This document shows, in pieces, positions 1 through 11,492 of a DNA stretch of 64,000 nt (position 1 is the first letter of the stretch; each line of letters begins with the position of its first letter). The stretch covers positions 1,631,339 to 1,695,338 of the forward strand of contig MU061538.1 of assembly GCA_013265495.1 (NCBI GenBank), written 5' to 3'. The DNA comes from Vicugna vicugna (taxonomy: Eukaryota). Under the pieces are notes generated by a model, which saw only the letters and a list, made by a program, of their open reading frames with translations, had not been told where the DNA came from and made no database searches. Made by a program: the position numbers and the translations under genes.

Positions 1-407
1 GGCCTTTCTGGTCCACATCCCAGCCTCCTCCTCCAGCTCTGTCTGCGCAGACCATCTGCCACCCAGCCCTCAGCCTGGAGGTCAGCCACCCTCCTGTCCC
101 ACGTCTCATCTGCCCCCAGCCCTGACGAGATGGGGCACAGGCCCCAAAGCCCGGCTTTCTGGGGCACGTGCCCAGAGCCATACACGTGAACTGTCTCATT
201 TGTGTTCTGATGCTGACGGCCTGCAGCTGCTGGACTCGGTCCATGGGCGGGGCAGCTGGGGGAGTGAGCAGCAAAGGAAAATCCGCTTCCAAGGGCGGCT
301 GTTTGAGTGGGTCAAGCCCTTCAGAGAAACAGCCACAAAGCTGTGTGTCTCTGTGCCACAGAGCACTGCTGAGCACTGGTCATTAGCTAACCCTTCAGGT
401 AAGCCAT

Positions 408-515
408 GGACATACGCACACACACGTGAACACGCCACATACGTGTATACAAACACACGTGGCATTCTGTCTCAGCAGCAACACACACGTATGTAAGTAC
501 ACACACACGTGCACA
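408..515. repeat. Degenerate (CA/CG/TA)n low-complexity repeat
   Basis: Repeated cacacgtg/acacacac units. Confidence 0.8.
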
Positions 516-2329
516 CCAACCCGGCAGGATAGCTTTGCCTGCAGCCCCAAGAGTCCTGCGCTAGGAGTAAATGTTGACCATCTCCCGGAACACTTGCACA
601 CCCACCATCACGCTAGCCTCCGCCATGGACAGACTGAGCGAGTCTTAGCAGGACCCTACGGACCCCGTGACTGCAGATTGCAAACCTCCAGTGACAACCG
701 TTTCCTTTGACTCAAGAGGAAGCAGGCGTCTCAGCCTCCACGCTTCCCCACCTGCATGGTTTGAGGAGGAGGAATATCCCCCCAGGACTGCAGGTCCGGA
801 GAACTGTGTCCTCCAGGGCAGGTGGGCGACGGCTCCCTGGGAGTGGACGCTGGCACTAATTGTTACTTGATGTCCTGCTGTCAGCGATGGAGGGCCTCAG
901 AGGGGAATTACTGTACTTAAGCCTCAGACTGCTCAGAGCCAAACACTCTGCAAGGCAAGATTCCACCCAATTAACACGGAACTTTGAGCCAGTCACCTGT
1001 GCGATAACCTGGGGGCCGCGAGGAAACGCAGCCCGGCGAGTCCCAGAGCCAGGGCAGAGGGACGCAGAGTCCTTGAGAAAGAGGCTGCCTCCCCCTCTCT
1101 CAGGACACCCCCTGCCCACCCCGGGGAGAGACACCCGGGGGCCACTGCAAGGTGGGGTCAGGGGTCCCATGGGTGCTCCTCAAATTCCAGTCATCCTGAT
1201 TGCTCGCCGGTTGTCAATAAACAGGTACGTGAACGTGCAGCAGACTGGTTGGTTCATTGGTCATTGTCAGCCCGGCAGTTGTTCCAGGACACACGCTCTC
1301 CCAGGCCTTCGCTTTGCTTTGACCGTTTGTGGTTAATGTCCCTGCTAAACAAAAGTGACCGCGAGGTCCTGCGCGTGCTGGCGTTGACCGCCAGAAACCA
1401 GCGCCGCGGCGTCTGACCATCTGAGTCGTGGCGGGACGGCGGGCAGGCGCAGGGGCTGGGGAGCGCGCGTGCCTTCTCCGGGAGCGTCCGCAGGTCTCCG
1501 TCTGGGCTGGCGGCTTAGAAGGCGGATCCGTAACTCTGAAGATCCCTCCACCCGGAGGCTCGGGCGGCTTTGAGTTAAGCATCATTTTAAAGAAGCAGGA
1601 ACAGCAAACTGTCAGTCCCGCAGTAGTGAGGGCAGTCGGCGGATGCGAGCGCACAGATTCGCCCTAATCGTCGCCGTCAGTGGAGAGCTGTTAATGTGCC
1701 CTTTATCCTTTGAAGAATGTCGGGGAAAGAGACTTGGCAAAAAAGCAGAAAATCAAACAAGGTCCAAATGTTTCGCATTCCCCAGTGTGCCCATCCCCCG
1801 AGCGGACAAAGCCCTGGAAGCCGTTTCTGAACAATGATGGAGAAGTGCGCCTACAAGCAAAGGCCCTGAAGGGCTAAGCAGCCGCCTGCAGCCACCAGGC
1901 AGCCCACACCCAGGTCTTCTCCGGGAGCCCAAGGGGACTTTTAAAAATCCTGAACAGGAAAGGAAAGGTTGGGCTGTGCTTTTTAAAGCATTAGCTATCT
2001 GATTTTGCCCCAATGGTTTAAATTTTCTGAGTGTGTTTCCTTCATCATAAAGAAGGGGAGATGGAGAGACGGTGGCTCAGGCAGAGTCCCAGAGTCCTTC
2101 CCTCGCTGTACCCCACTTCTCTGCAGAGCCCGCGACTCCCGGCCCCCGTGCGTCACGTGGAATTCCACGGAGGGCTGGCCAGCATGGCCTCACTCCGAGG
2201 GCGCCTCACTCACTCGGCTCTTTGAGCAGACTGCCCACTCGGGGCAGTGAGGTGCCTGTGGGCAGTTGGGGCACCGGCAGGCACACTGGGGGACGAGGAA
2301 GGAGAGCCACGTGTATTAAATGTCACATG

Positions 2330-2465
2330 CCACGTTTGGGGCTTGGAATCATCTGCATAGGGCTTGCAAGGGCCGTGTCACTCAGCCAATTTCACAGAAG
2401 AGGAAGTAGAAGCGCTCAGCAAGTTCAGGCAGCTGGCGAGCGCGGCAGCCGGGGCGAGAGCCGGG
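2330..2465 (-). mobile_element. MIR fragment
   Basis: ccaatttcacagaagaggaagtagaag resembles the MIR core. Confidence 0.5.
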
Positions 2466-2954
2466 ACCCTCCACCACGCCCCACGGGGGCTCGCTCCACC
2501 AGACACGTGTCCGGCTCACGGGTTCATTCAGAGTCAGGCCAAGAGCTATTCCAGCCCCAGCGAATGTTCTGTGTCCTCACAGCATCTGAAGCTAGAGGCG
2601 GGTTTAAATTTCATATAAATATTAACGAAAACCTATGTGTGCCTTGTACATACGTGTGTATGTGTGCATATTTATATAAGATGTTAAATATATATTAGAG
2701 GTCAGTGACTTCGGGCCTGGTTCCCATTGTCGCTAACTCTGGGCACCATTGAGACTCTGCGGGGGCAGGTTGCTGACCCGCAGAGAGTTGCCAGCAAGCC
2801 CCGTCCTCCAGGGCCTTGTTTCATGGGGCAGGGGTGGTGGTCAGGACACCGGGCAGACTCCCTGCAGGATGTCCGGTGGCTGCCCAGCACCAGCTCCTGC
2901 CTGACCTCAGGACTCCTCCAGTCCAGGCACAGGGTCGCTGGGCTGCAAGCATCA

Positions 2955-3045
2955 AGGACCTGGCCTGGGCCACTCTGCCAGCCAGCTCAGGGGCTTGGGG
3001 AAAATCTCTTCCCACCTGGGACCCGGTTTTCCCATCTGAAAAATC
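2955..3045 (+). mobile_element. MIR fragment
   Basis: gcttggggaaaatctcttcccacctgggacccggttttcccatctgaaaaat. Confidence 0.5.
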
Positions 3046-3121
3046 TGTTCAGTCTTCCCCAAGTTTGAAAGAATGTGATGGAAAGCCGAACGTTGTCACT
3101 GAATATCCACTGATTCGAAGC

Positions 3122-3513
3122 CAGGGCCTGCAAGCTTCAAGGCTGCCAGATAAAGCACGGGACCCCGGTACATGTGTGCCAAGCACAGAACTGGGACACA
3201 CTCAGAGTGCATTCAGCATTTACTGAAATTCAAGCTCAGCTAGGCTCCCTGGATTTTTATTGGCCTCAGCCTGGCAACCCTGCCTGGGCCAAATTCAACC
3301 TGCGTTTGTTTGTTTGTTTGTTTGCTGTTTTTTGCTGCCTGCTTTTCAAATAAAGTTTTATTGGAACAACCATGGACGTTGACTTGCCAGCGCCTGCGTC
3401 TGTTTTAGCAGGAGGACAGGGGAGGCCAGTAGTTGTGATGGACTCACCTGCAGAACCTAAAATATTCACTAACTGGTCCTTCACACACACACACAAAGGT
3501 TTTCCAACCCCTG
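3122..3513. mobile_element. MER58A-like hAT MITE, interrupted by MER53
   Basis: cagggcctgcaagct...gggccaaatt...aaataaagttttattggaaca...cctaaaatattcactaactggtccttcaca...tttccaacccctg. Confidence 0.8.
3140..3281. mobile_element. MER53 palindromic MITE
   Basis: aggctgccagataaa...tgaaattcaag...ctggcaaccct, inverted termini. Confidence 0.75.
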
Positions 3514-5594
3514 ATTTAGATGCTGTGTATCGTGGACCAAAGTGGCCCAAATGTTTTGTCACCCATAACCCACAGTCTGACTTGCCAGCAGGTGCTCTAT
3601 GTTCTTATCTGTTATTTAACATGTGTTTCTTTCCCCCACAAACAGATGACAAACGCCTGACGCCACCACCTGACACGGTCTTGGAACTGGCAGTCCTCAG
3701 GCTGCACGTGTGCAGACGGTGGGCAAACTGCGTGGACTTCTGGGCGGGGGCGTCCGTGCCCGCAGGTGACCTAAGGGGTCGCGGCCCAGGGGTTCGCCTC
3801 CATCTCCATTCCAGCCTGTCCTGAGGGCGGTTCCGACGGTGCCCTGCTGGTCGGGAACAGGATAAAGGACACCGCATTCGAGACAGTGCCCTTTCCTGCA
3901 GGCAGAACAGAGTCCTCAGGGAAGATTTAGCACCTTGCTTCCCAGCAAGGGCTGCCCAACTGGTAACTTCATTCCATTAAGCAAACATTTTTCGCAGGCA
4001 AAGGCTGACGCATCTGATTTCCGTGGCACAGGGGAGAGATCTGCTGGATTTCTTGAGGTCTAACACCAGAGACAACATCTTAAGCCCGGAATCACACATC
4101 CCCCTCCGTCCTGCCTTAAATCCTCTATTGAAAGCTTTCTCAAGAGCTTTGAAAGGGGCCGCTTGCTCGTTTCCCAAAGAAACCCCAAGATGGGTCTGAT
4201 ACCTCGGTTTCAAAGGAAGAATAGGAAGCTTTTTAAGTCTCACAAAGGAGGCGAGAAGCAGCAATCTCTCCAGCGGACAAGTGCGTCTGGGGGCGGGGGG
4301 TGGGGGGTGAGGGAGGAATTTGAGAAGACCCTTGAAATGGGGGTGAGTGAAGACGAGAGAGGACGGCCCAGGGCCCGGGACCAACATGGCAGCTCCCGGG
4401 GCAGAATCCGCGGTGTCTGCCCAGAGCATCACGTGAGCGAGGGGAGATGAGCCCGTGGTGGGCTTCCACCACTGGGAGCCGCCTTCCAAACCCCAGCACT
4501 AGTCGGACCAGTTCCAACGCAGGATCCTGAGTCTTTCTGGGCATTGAGGTGGGTCTCACGGCAGAGCTCTGGGTGGGCTCAGAGAGGGCCAGTCCAGCCG
4601 CCCCGTGCGCTGTTTTGTTATCTGGCGGCCGGGCGGCCTAGAATTCGCAAAGGGCCCCAAGGAGTTGCAGTGCTCCGGCACAGGTTCCTTCTTTCCACCC
4701 CCGTTCTCTTCCTTCCTTCTCTTGACAGTCCTAACTGTCGATGGCAGGGAGTCCAACCTGCAGAGCGATCCTTAGGCAGAAGATGATGCCCAGAACCCCC
4801 TTACGACGGCGTCCCCGCTTTACGGAAGAGCAGTCGACACTTGTGATGCCTGTAAAGCAGGATGGCTTCTCCGCGCGCTTTTCGAGAACAAGGCTGTCAC
4901 ACACGCAGCGTGCGCCGCTCCTGCTCTGCTATTTCACGTCTGAGTGAGGAGGTTTGCTTGATCAACAGCGCTCCGAGCTGCGCGCCTTGGCGCCAACGCG
5001 TTATGTTTATTTTCTCCCAGAAGCTCAGTGAACACACTGTGGGGGCTCTGTCCCCGTGTGCAGGGCGTGACTAAAGGCCCTTTGATGGCGCCACAAAGCC
5101 CCTTCACATTCTTGCGGCTTCCTCTTCCTAGGCCGCGGGTCGGGGAGATTGGAAGGGGAGTCAGAAAACCCGGGTTCCGACCTGAGCTCCGCCCCTGGAC
5201 TGCGGCCTGACCTCGGGCACTTTCCTTCCCCGCTCTCGGCCACGGTTTCCTTTTTTTTATATCCAGTTGAATTCATTCCAGCTTGCTTTTATTTGTCATT
5301 TGTTTCCTTTAGTTTCTGTCTTTTGTTTTTAATCGAAATGCAGTTGGTTTACACAGGTCACTATTTTCTCGATTATAAAATGAAGAGCTTGACCCCTGCC
5401 TGGGCTGGTTGGCCCGAATGTCTGGGGCCAGAGTTGACAGCTTCCACCGGGTCGTGGCGAAGAGACCCAACCAGCCAGCCCGACCTGTGCTGGCCCCGGG
5501 CTCTCTGAGGCCCTAACAGACGGGGCGTTCCAGCAGCCACGGCCCAGAGGGCAGCATGGGAGGGACCCACGCTCTCCTGTCACAATGCCTAAAC

Positions 5595-5744
5595 CAGCGC
5601 TTCTCAAACTCCACTGTGCACACGGGGGTCTCATTAAAATTCAAGTCCGACGCAGTAAGTGGGAGGTGGGGCTGGAGCACCTGCCTTTCTAGGAAGCTCT
5701 CAGGTAAGGCCCGTGCTGCCACGGACTACACTCTGAGCAGCCAG
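5595..5744. mobile_element. MER5-family hAT MITE
   Basis: cagcgcttctcaaact...ttctaggaagctctcaggt...ggactacactctgag. Confidence 0.7.
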
Positions 5745-6613
5745 GATCGACACACGGGAAGCTCAAGGCAGCGCTTCTCCCAAGGACTTTGGTCTCAGCC
5801 ATGGGGCAGTCGCTTTTGCTTCTTGAAACAATTTGCTCCAATTGACTCGAGAAACGAGGTGCAGGCCGAGGTCAGGGGTTCGCACCTCGCTGATTCACTC
5901 TGCTCCAAGGCAGGCTCCGCCCGCCGCGCCCCCACCCCAGGCACTGCAGGAGGTGAGGGTGAATCGGCCGTTTTCACAACTGCCAAGCAGGTTCAGGGTC
6001 CAGAGGGCAGCTTAAGCCATCTCCCGGGCATGTTTCGTGAAGCCCCAGCTACTCCAGCTTCCGGCATGTTTCAAAGGACCATTCTAGACCCCATTTCAAT
6101 CCGCAAGGCTCCACAGGGCCCTCGTGTCCTCACCTCCTTTGAGACACCTTGAGCCCAACTTCAAAAACCTACGATTGGCACTAGGGTTTTCCCACCGGAG
6201 ACCTTCTGCCCTGCTAGCTGTTGGCCAGACAGAGCCCCCCGACCTCACTGACCTTCAAGGCAAAGAACAAGTGTCATGTGTTCAGTCAAGCTTGTGTCTG
6301 AGGGAGCACAAATAACCACAGGCGGTGAAGCTGCCTCGAGAGCCAGTCCACCGGGAGACGTCAGTTCAGCAGAAGAGGTGTCAGTCCTTCTTTTTTTCTT
6401 TGGTGATCAGGAAGGGTAGGATTGCCTTCTGGTAGCAGACTCAGCACAACTGTCCTGGAAATGGGACACCATTTTCTCAAAACTCCTAACAATTATTCAA
6501 GAACTCACTGAACGTTTAGCTAGCCACGTCTCCATGTTGTTTTCCAGAAGACCCTATGTGATCTTTTGTCACCAGGGGTGTCCAGCAGTCATTGAGAGAA
6601 ATGTCCCATGGCC

Positions 6614-6796
6614 CGGGTTGTCAGACAAAGCACAGGATGCCCAATTAAATTTGTACTTCAGATAAAGAAGAGATAAAATTTCAGTCCTTCCCAAAGATTG
6701 CCAGGATGTATAATGCTAGAAAGATATTCATGATTTATCTGAAATTCAAATTTCTCTGGGCAGCCCGTATTTTTATTTCCTACATGTGGCCACCCT
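6614..6796. mobile_element. MER53 palindromic MITE, full length
   Basis: gggttgtcagacaaagcacaggatgcccaattaaatttgtacttcagataaa ... tttatctgaaattcaaatttctctgggcagcccgtatttt...ggccaccct. Confidence 0.85.
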
Positions 6797-7329
6797 TTCC
6801 GTGACCTAAGCAGCATGTTTGCGTTCAGTCTCAGACCCGGACAGCCCCTCGGTCTGAGGTAGGGTGGGAAGGCCACAGACCACGGGGAGATCCCCCAGTG
6901 CAGAAGGTTGGAAAGACGAGATGCTATGGTGTGGAGCTGCTGTTCAGCATTTACACATACGTCTCTGTTTGGAAGGACTCAGAAAGCCTCGAAGTGTAAA
7001 TATCTCTACTCAAACTACCCACTTCTTAGACATTGAGAAAAACAGCTATCTAAAAATAGAAACAAAGTGTTTCTGGTGAAATAGAAAATACTCTTTACTC
7101 TACAGGCAAGAAAGTGCATGTGGGTTTTAAACTGCGCTTTCTGCCCCCAGCCAGCACGGTCTACAGCCCCATCCTGGTCGTCCCGGTGCCCTGAGCCCGA
7201 CCCCTGCTCTGCCCGCCCGCCGCCCGCTCAGTACTCCCGACGCTCGGGGGGCCTCCCCCCTACCGCCCGCCAGGGCCGCCGCCACTGCCCCTGCCCGGCC
7301 GCCCCCCCCAGCAGCCCTGTCCTGGGTTC

Positions 7330-7832
7330 CCCCACAGGCCCACCGTCTCCACCTGGTCTCTCTAATCCGCCTTGCACCTGCTACCGAATGACCCTTCCCT
7401 CCCTGACTCCAGGTCCTTCGTTGGATCTGACCCCAGCTGACCTTTCCCCACATCGCCTTCTGTTCCCCTACGAGCGACCGTGGCGTGTTCCTGCAGGTCC
7501 CTAAATGCGGCTTGTTCACACGTGCCTCCATGACTCCTCCCCAGACGAGTCCCTCGGGAGGCGTCTTCCCGTCCATCTTTACCCAAATGCTCACGCCTGG
7601 CCCTCAGGTCCCGGCGAGCCCCCAGGGCGGCTCAGCTGTGTGCCCTCTCGTCCCCTTGGCCTACCCCCACCGCAGCCCTAACGTGTTGTGCTCAGATGAC
7701 GCTGGCTCGTAGCTCCTCCTCCTAGACAGTGAGCTCCTTGGGGACCAGCCTTGACTTACCCACTGTCGTATCCCAGTACAAAAAAAAAATCAGTACTTGA
7801 TGTGTAGTGGAAGCTGATGAGTATGTTGACTG
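7330..7832 (+). mobile_element. L2 3' fragment
   Basis: ctagacagtgagctccttggggacc...cactgtcgtatcccagt...gagtatgttgactg. Confidence 0.6.
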
Positions 7833-8407
7833 GAGAGAGGGAGGCAGCTTCCAGCCTCCAAGACGGCCGGGTCCCCTCCTCCAGGATTCTCGCTCGTACA
7901 GTCCCCTCCCACTGTGAAGCAAGCCTGGCCCGGCCTGAGCAACAGAACGTGGTGCAGATGACGGAGGGACACCGTCAAAGCCGGTCATCAAAGACTTTGC
8001 TCCACCCAGGTCTCCTGCACCCTCCCAGGGGAAAGCGACATCTGCAGTGAGGGCATCACCAGCCCCACGTGCACCGAGGTTTGAGCCCCACCAGCTGCGA
8101 CTTGCCAGCCGTGAGACGGAGCCCCTGTGGGGTGGGCGCTCCAGCCCCAGCCCGGCCCTCGGAGGAGACTGCAGGCAAGCAGCAACCGACTGCACCTGTG
8201 TGAGAGGTTGCGAAGGGGAACTGCCTGGGTGGTCCCTTCCAGATACCAGACCAGGAGAGATGGTGAGAGATTTAAAAAAAAAAAGATTGCTGTTTTAAAC
8301 CTTAGTTTTTGTGACAATGCAGCCTTAGATAATAAGAAAAAATTCACACACACGTGCACTGATAGAAAATAATTATAGTGACTTGGTGTGATGCAGCCAA
8401 GGGCATC

Positions 8408-8525
8408 CGCTCATTCATTTATTGTAAGATCTTCTCCTGAATGCTGACCAGGAGCCAAGCACTGTGCCTCAAGGGAAGGAGAGAGGTGAAAAGATAAGAC
8501 CCCCGTCCTCAAGGGCTTGCAGGGA
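8408..8525 (-). mobile_element. L2 3' fragment
   Basis: cattcatttatt...ccaagcactgtgc...gtcctcaagggcttgcag. Confidence 0.55.
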
Positions 8526-9019
8526 ACCCGAATTAACGTCCAGATGACTCAGTGGGACAGAGCGCTTGGCCTTACGGTAAGGCATGTCTGACTGAGGCTT
8601 TTTCTTCTAAGAAACAATACATGAAGCACATTGGAAAAGCTGGCTAATTGCTTTAGAGGCATTCAATCTTTTTCGTTTGCTTGTTTACATATTCAAAACC
8701 GGCATGGTTCAGCTTATAACCTCAAACGCTGGCTTCAGATGACTTAGCCACTTCCAAAATCCATGTGTACCTTCAAAAGACGAAGCTTTGCCACTGCTGA
8801 GGGAATCCAAAGAGACGCCAGTCAGTTCCCAAGGAGGCATCGAAGGCTGCCCTGAGCATTTGTCCACGTGCTGCAACCCGGGGTCGGCACGTGGGCGGAG
8901 CAGGAGATTCCCGCAAAAGGCTAAAAGGGCCGCGTTGAGGGGTGACGCCCGTGTCTGTGGAACAGGCCGCCCCAGAACGCCCGTGCCACCTCTGGCACGT
9001 TTAGAGGAGCGCGGCCTCG

Positions 9020-9105
9020 ACTGACTCATGCAGCAAACATTCATTTGCTTCAGCAAATGTTGGGGAGCATCTGCTGGATGCCAGTGACCCAGCTCTGGGG
9101 TGCGT
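9020..9105 (-). mobile_element. L2 3' fragment
   Basis: cattcatttgcttcagcaaatgttggggagcatctgctggatgccag. Confidence 0.55.
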
Positions 9106-10994
9106 TCTCCTTGGGGAAGCGAAGCACGAACACCGGCAGCACTCAGGACCCAAGTAAGACGCAGAGTCTACGGAGGAGGCGGGGCGGAGAGAAGCTCCTC
9201 GGAGGGCTGCGTTTTTGAGACGATGAGAGGCAGAAACGAGGACCAAACGCTCCAGACGGAATTGCCAGCTGACCTCAGCCTGTTATTTCAAGGACCTGAG
9301 GCTTTTCAGGGCTGCTCTGAGCCCCTTAGGACATCTCCCAGGGCACCGGGATAGCATCACTCGCTGGACCTCGACGGGATGCAACTATGTGAATCTATGT
9401 AGAAAAAACCACGTGGTGTGGAGAAAGAGGCAGGCACTGGGGTCTGGGAGCCCCGAATTCCATCTCAAGTTTGCTGCCAACATTTGGGCGAGCTCCTGGG
9501 ATGTTACAAAACTCCAACAAGGTAAAAGATGTGAAATGCTTTACAGAGTTAATCCCACGAGGAGTAACCTGTAGAGCCCTAAAAATAACAGCCCAAACGA
9601 AGGGGCAGGCCTGCTCGCAAGGAGGCGGGCTTCTACGGACTGAGACAGGAGATGGTTAAGTTTCAAGAGGAGAAAGCGATTAGCCTGAGGGAGGTCTGAG
9701 GAGGGGGCTTCGGGCAGGGCTTCATGGGAGCTCGTAGGAAGGTGCTGGAACACTACGCCAAAAGGGAGGAGAGGCTCCGGCAGGGGCTGGAAAGATGTGT
9801 GACTGATTCTACCAGGGTCTCAAGTGCGCCCACGACCACTCTTGACCAATCTGCTGTCCCTTTAGCTGACTAGGGCTCAGAAGGACTGGGTCCTCCATCC
9901 AACCCTGCCACGAAGATCGCAGTCCGGATAAGCATCAGATCACAGCACCCGTAAAGTGTGAGCGGTGCCCTCCTCCCTTAACCCATAGCTTCTGCCTTCA
10001 CATTTCTGGGAGCATGAGGTGGTTCTGGGACTTCCCGGTCATCCCAGCATGAGACCCTTCAAAGTTAGAGTGTAAAGACCTACACTGATGGGAACCTGTT
10101 TTGTAGTCGGTGCGGCTGGTGGTGGCGCAAGCAGGTGCCGTCACCGGAGTCCTACCACCGGGGGCTGCCAAGTGAAGTTTGCCCCCAGCCCCCGCCACTT
10201 CCTCTTCCAGGAGGGCAGTGTCCTCAGGGTCAGCCTCGCTCTCCCTCCTCCTCCTCGGTCAGAGAATCTTCCTGGGCAACCGTTGTGCTGGCAAGGAACT
10301 AATCAATTCCCATCAGACGTCTGTGACAAACGACAACTTGATAAATTCTGTTTCCTAAAGATATTTTAGGAGGGCCTAAGCCTTTTATCCACAGAAGTGT
10401 AAAGCAAGAAGGACCTTTCCAGGCACTTGGCGGGCACTGCAAAGGATGCTGTAAAGCGAGGGCCTTCTTCCTGCAAGCCTGGGTCACCCGGCTGCCGCTC
10501 GCACTTCTTCCTGCAGGTGCTGGGACCTGGGGGACACACACACTCGCCCTCGCTCTGACACCCAAGTGAACGACGGCAGTGGCTCGAACCGAATAACACC
10601 TCTTAAGAGGAGCTTCCTACGGATGGACGGTGAGGGAGCCATGCTTTCAAATCGTTCAAATCGCCCCGGAGGACAGGATGCAACCTTTAGAAGGCTGAGC
10701 CGAGGTGCTTCTCATCTGTCTTGTCAGCGTTTTGCATGTGAGGACACCAGGGTCCCCAGAGAGAGAACCCTTTCCTGCCGCTGGAAAAGGGCAGGAGCCC
10801 AGGCTTCCATCTCAGAGCCCTCAGTCGGGCCAGCTAAGCCCCCAGTGAGCAGTCCAAAAGGACTCATTTGCACTCTTCCCTGCTACTGAGCATCTTAATT
10901 TTGCCACCACTTAAAGGGAACGAGCTGGATTTCCGCAGAAGGGAACGACATTTTCAAGGGGCTTGCCCCCGAGATGCACATTCAACCACAGAGC

Positions 10995-11150
10995 GTCTGA
11001 CAGAGAGAACTTGAAAGATGACGACAAGAGTCCCACCCTCTCATTTTCCAGATGAGACCCTCAAGGCCATTGGGGAAGCTGACTCGCCCATAGCCACCTG
11101 ACCAGCTGAGCAGAGTCCTCGAGGACCCTCACACCTGACTCCATCCCCCA
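10995..11150 (-). mobile_element. MIR3-like SINE fragment
   Basis: gtcccaccctctcattttccagatgagaccctcaaggcc...gactcgcccatagccac. Confidence 0.6.
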
Positions 11151-11244
11151 GGGCCATGTGATCGGCCCGCGGCAGTTACAGAGTTCATTAATAGAAGCAG
11201 AGGCTACTTTAGCTTTGCCTTCCAAGAATTTTAGAGCCATTATA

Positions 11245-11492
11245 TTTTCTTTAAATCAACTCCTTATTTTGGAACAATTTTAGATTTCTAGAAGGAGTTT
11301 CGAAGGTAGTACGCAAAGCTCCTCTGCGTCCCTCACCCACTGTCCCCGAAAGCGACCCTTGGACGTGGGTCAGCACTGGATGTTGACGGCAGAGCATTTC
11401 TATTAACAGACTCCAAGATCACGTGCTTTCCCACTGATGTCCTCTCTGTTCCAGGATCCAATCCAGGATCCCACAGACCATTATATTTTAGC
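11245..11492 (-). mobile_element. Old L1 (L1MC/L1MD-type) 3' end
   Basis: ttttggaacaattttagatttctagaagg...tttcccactgatgtcctctctgttccaggatccaatccaggatcccaca. Confidence 0.75.
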
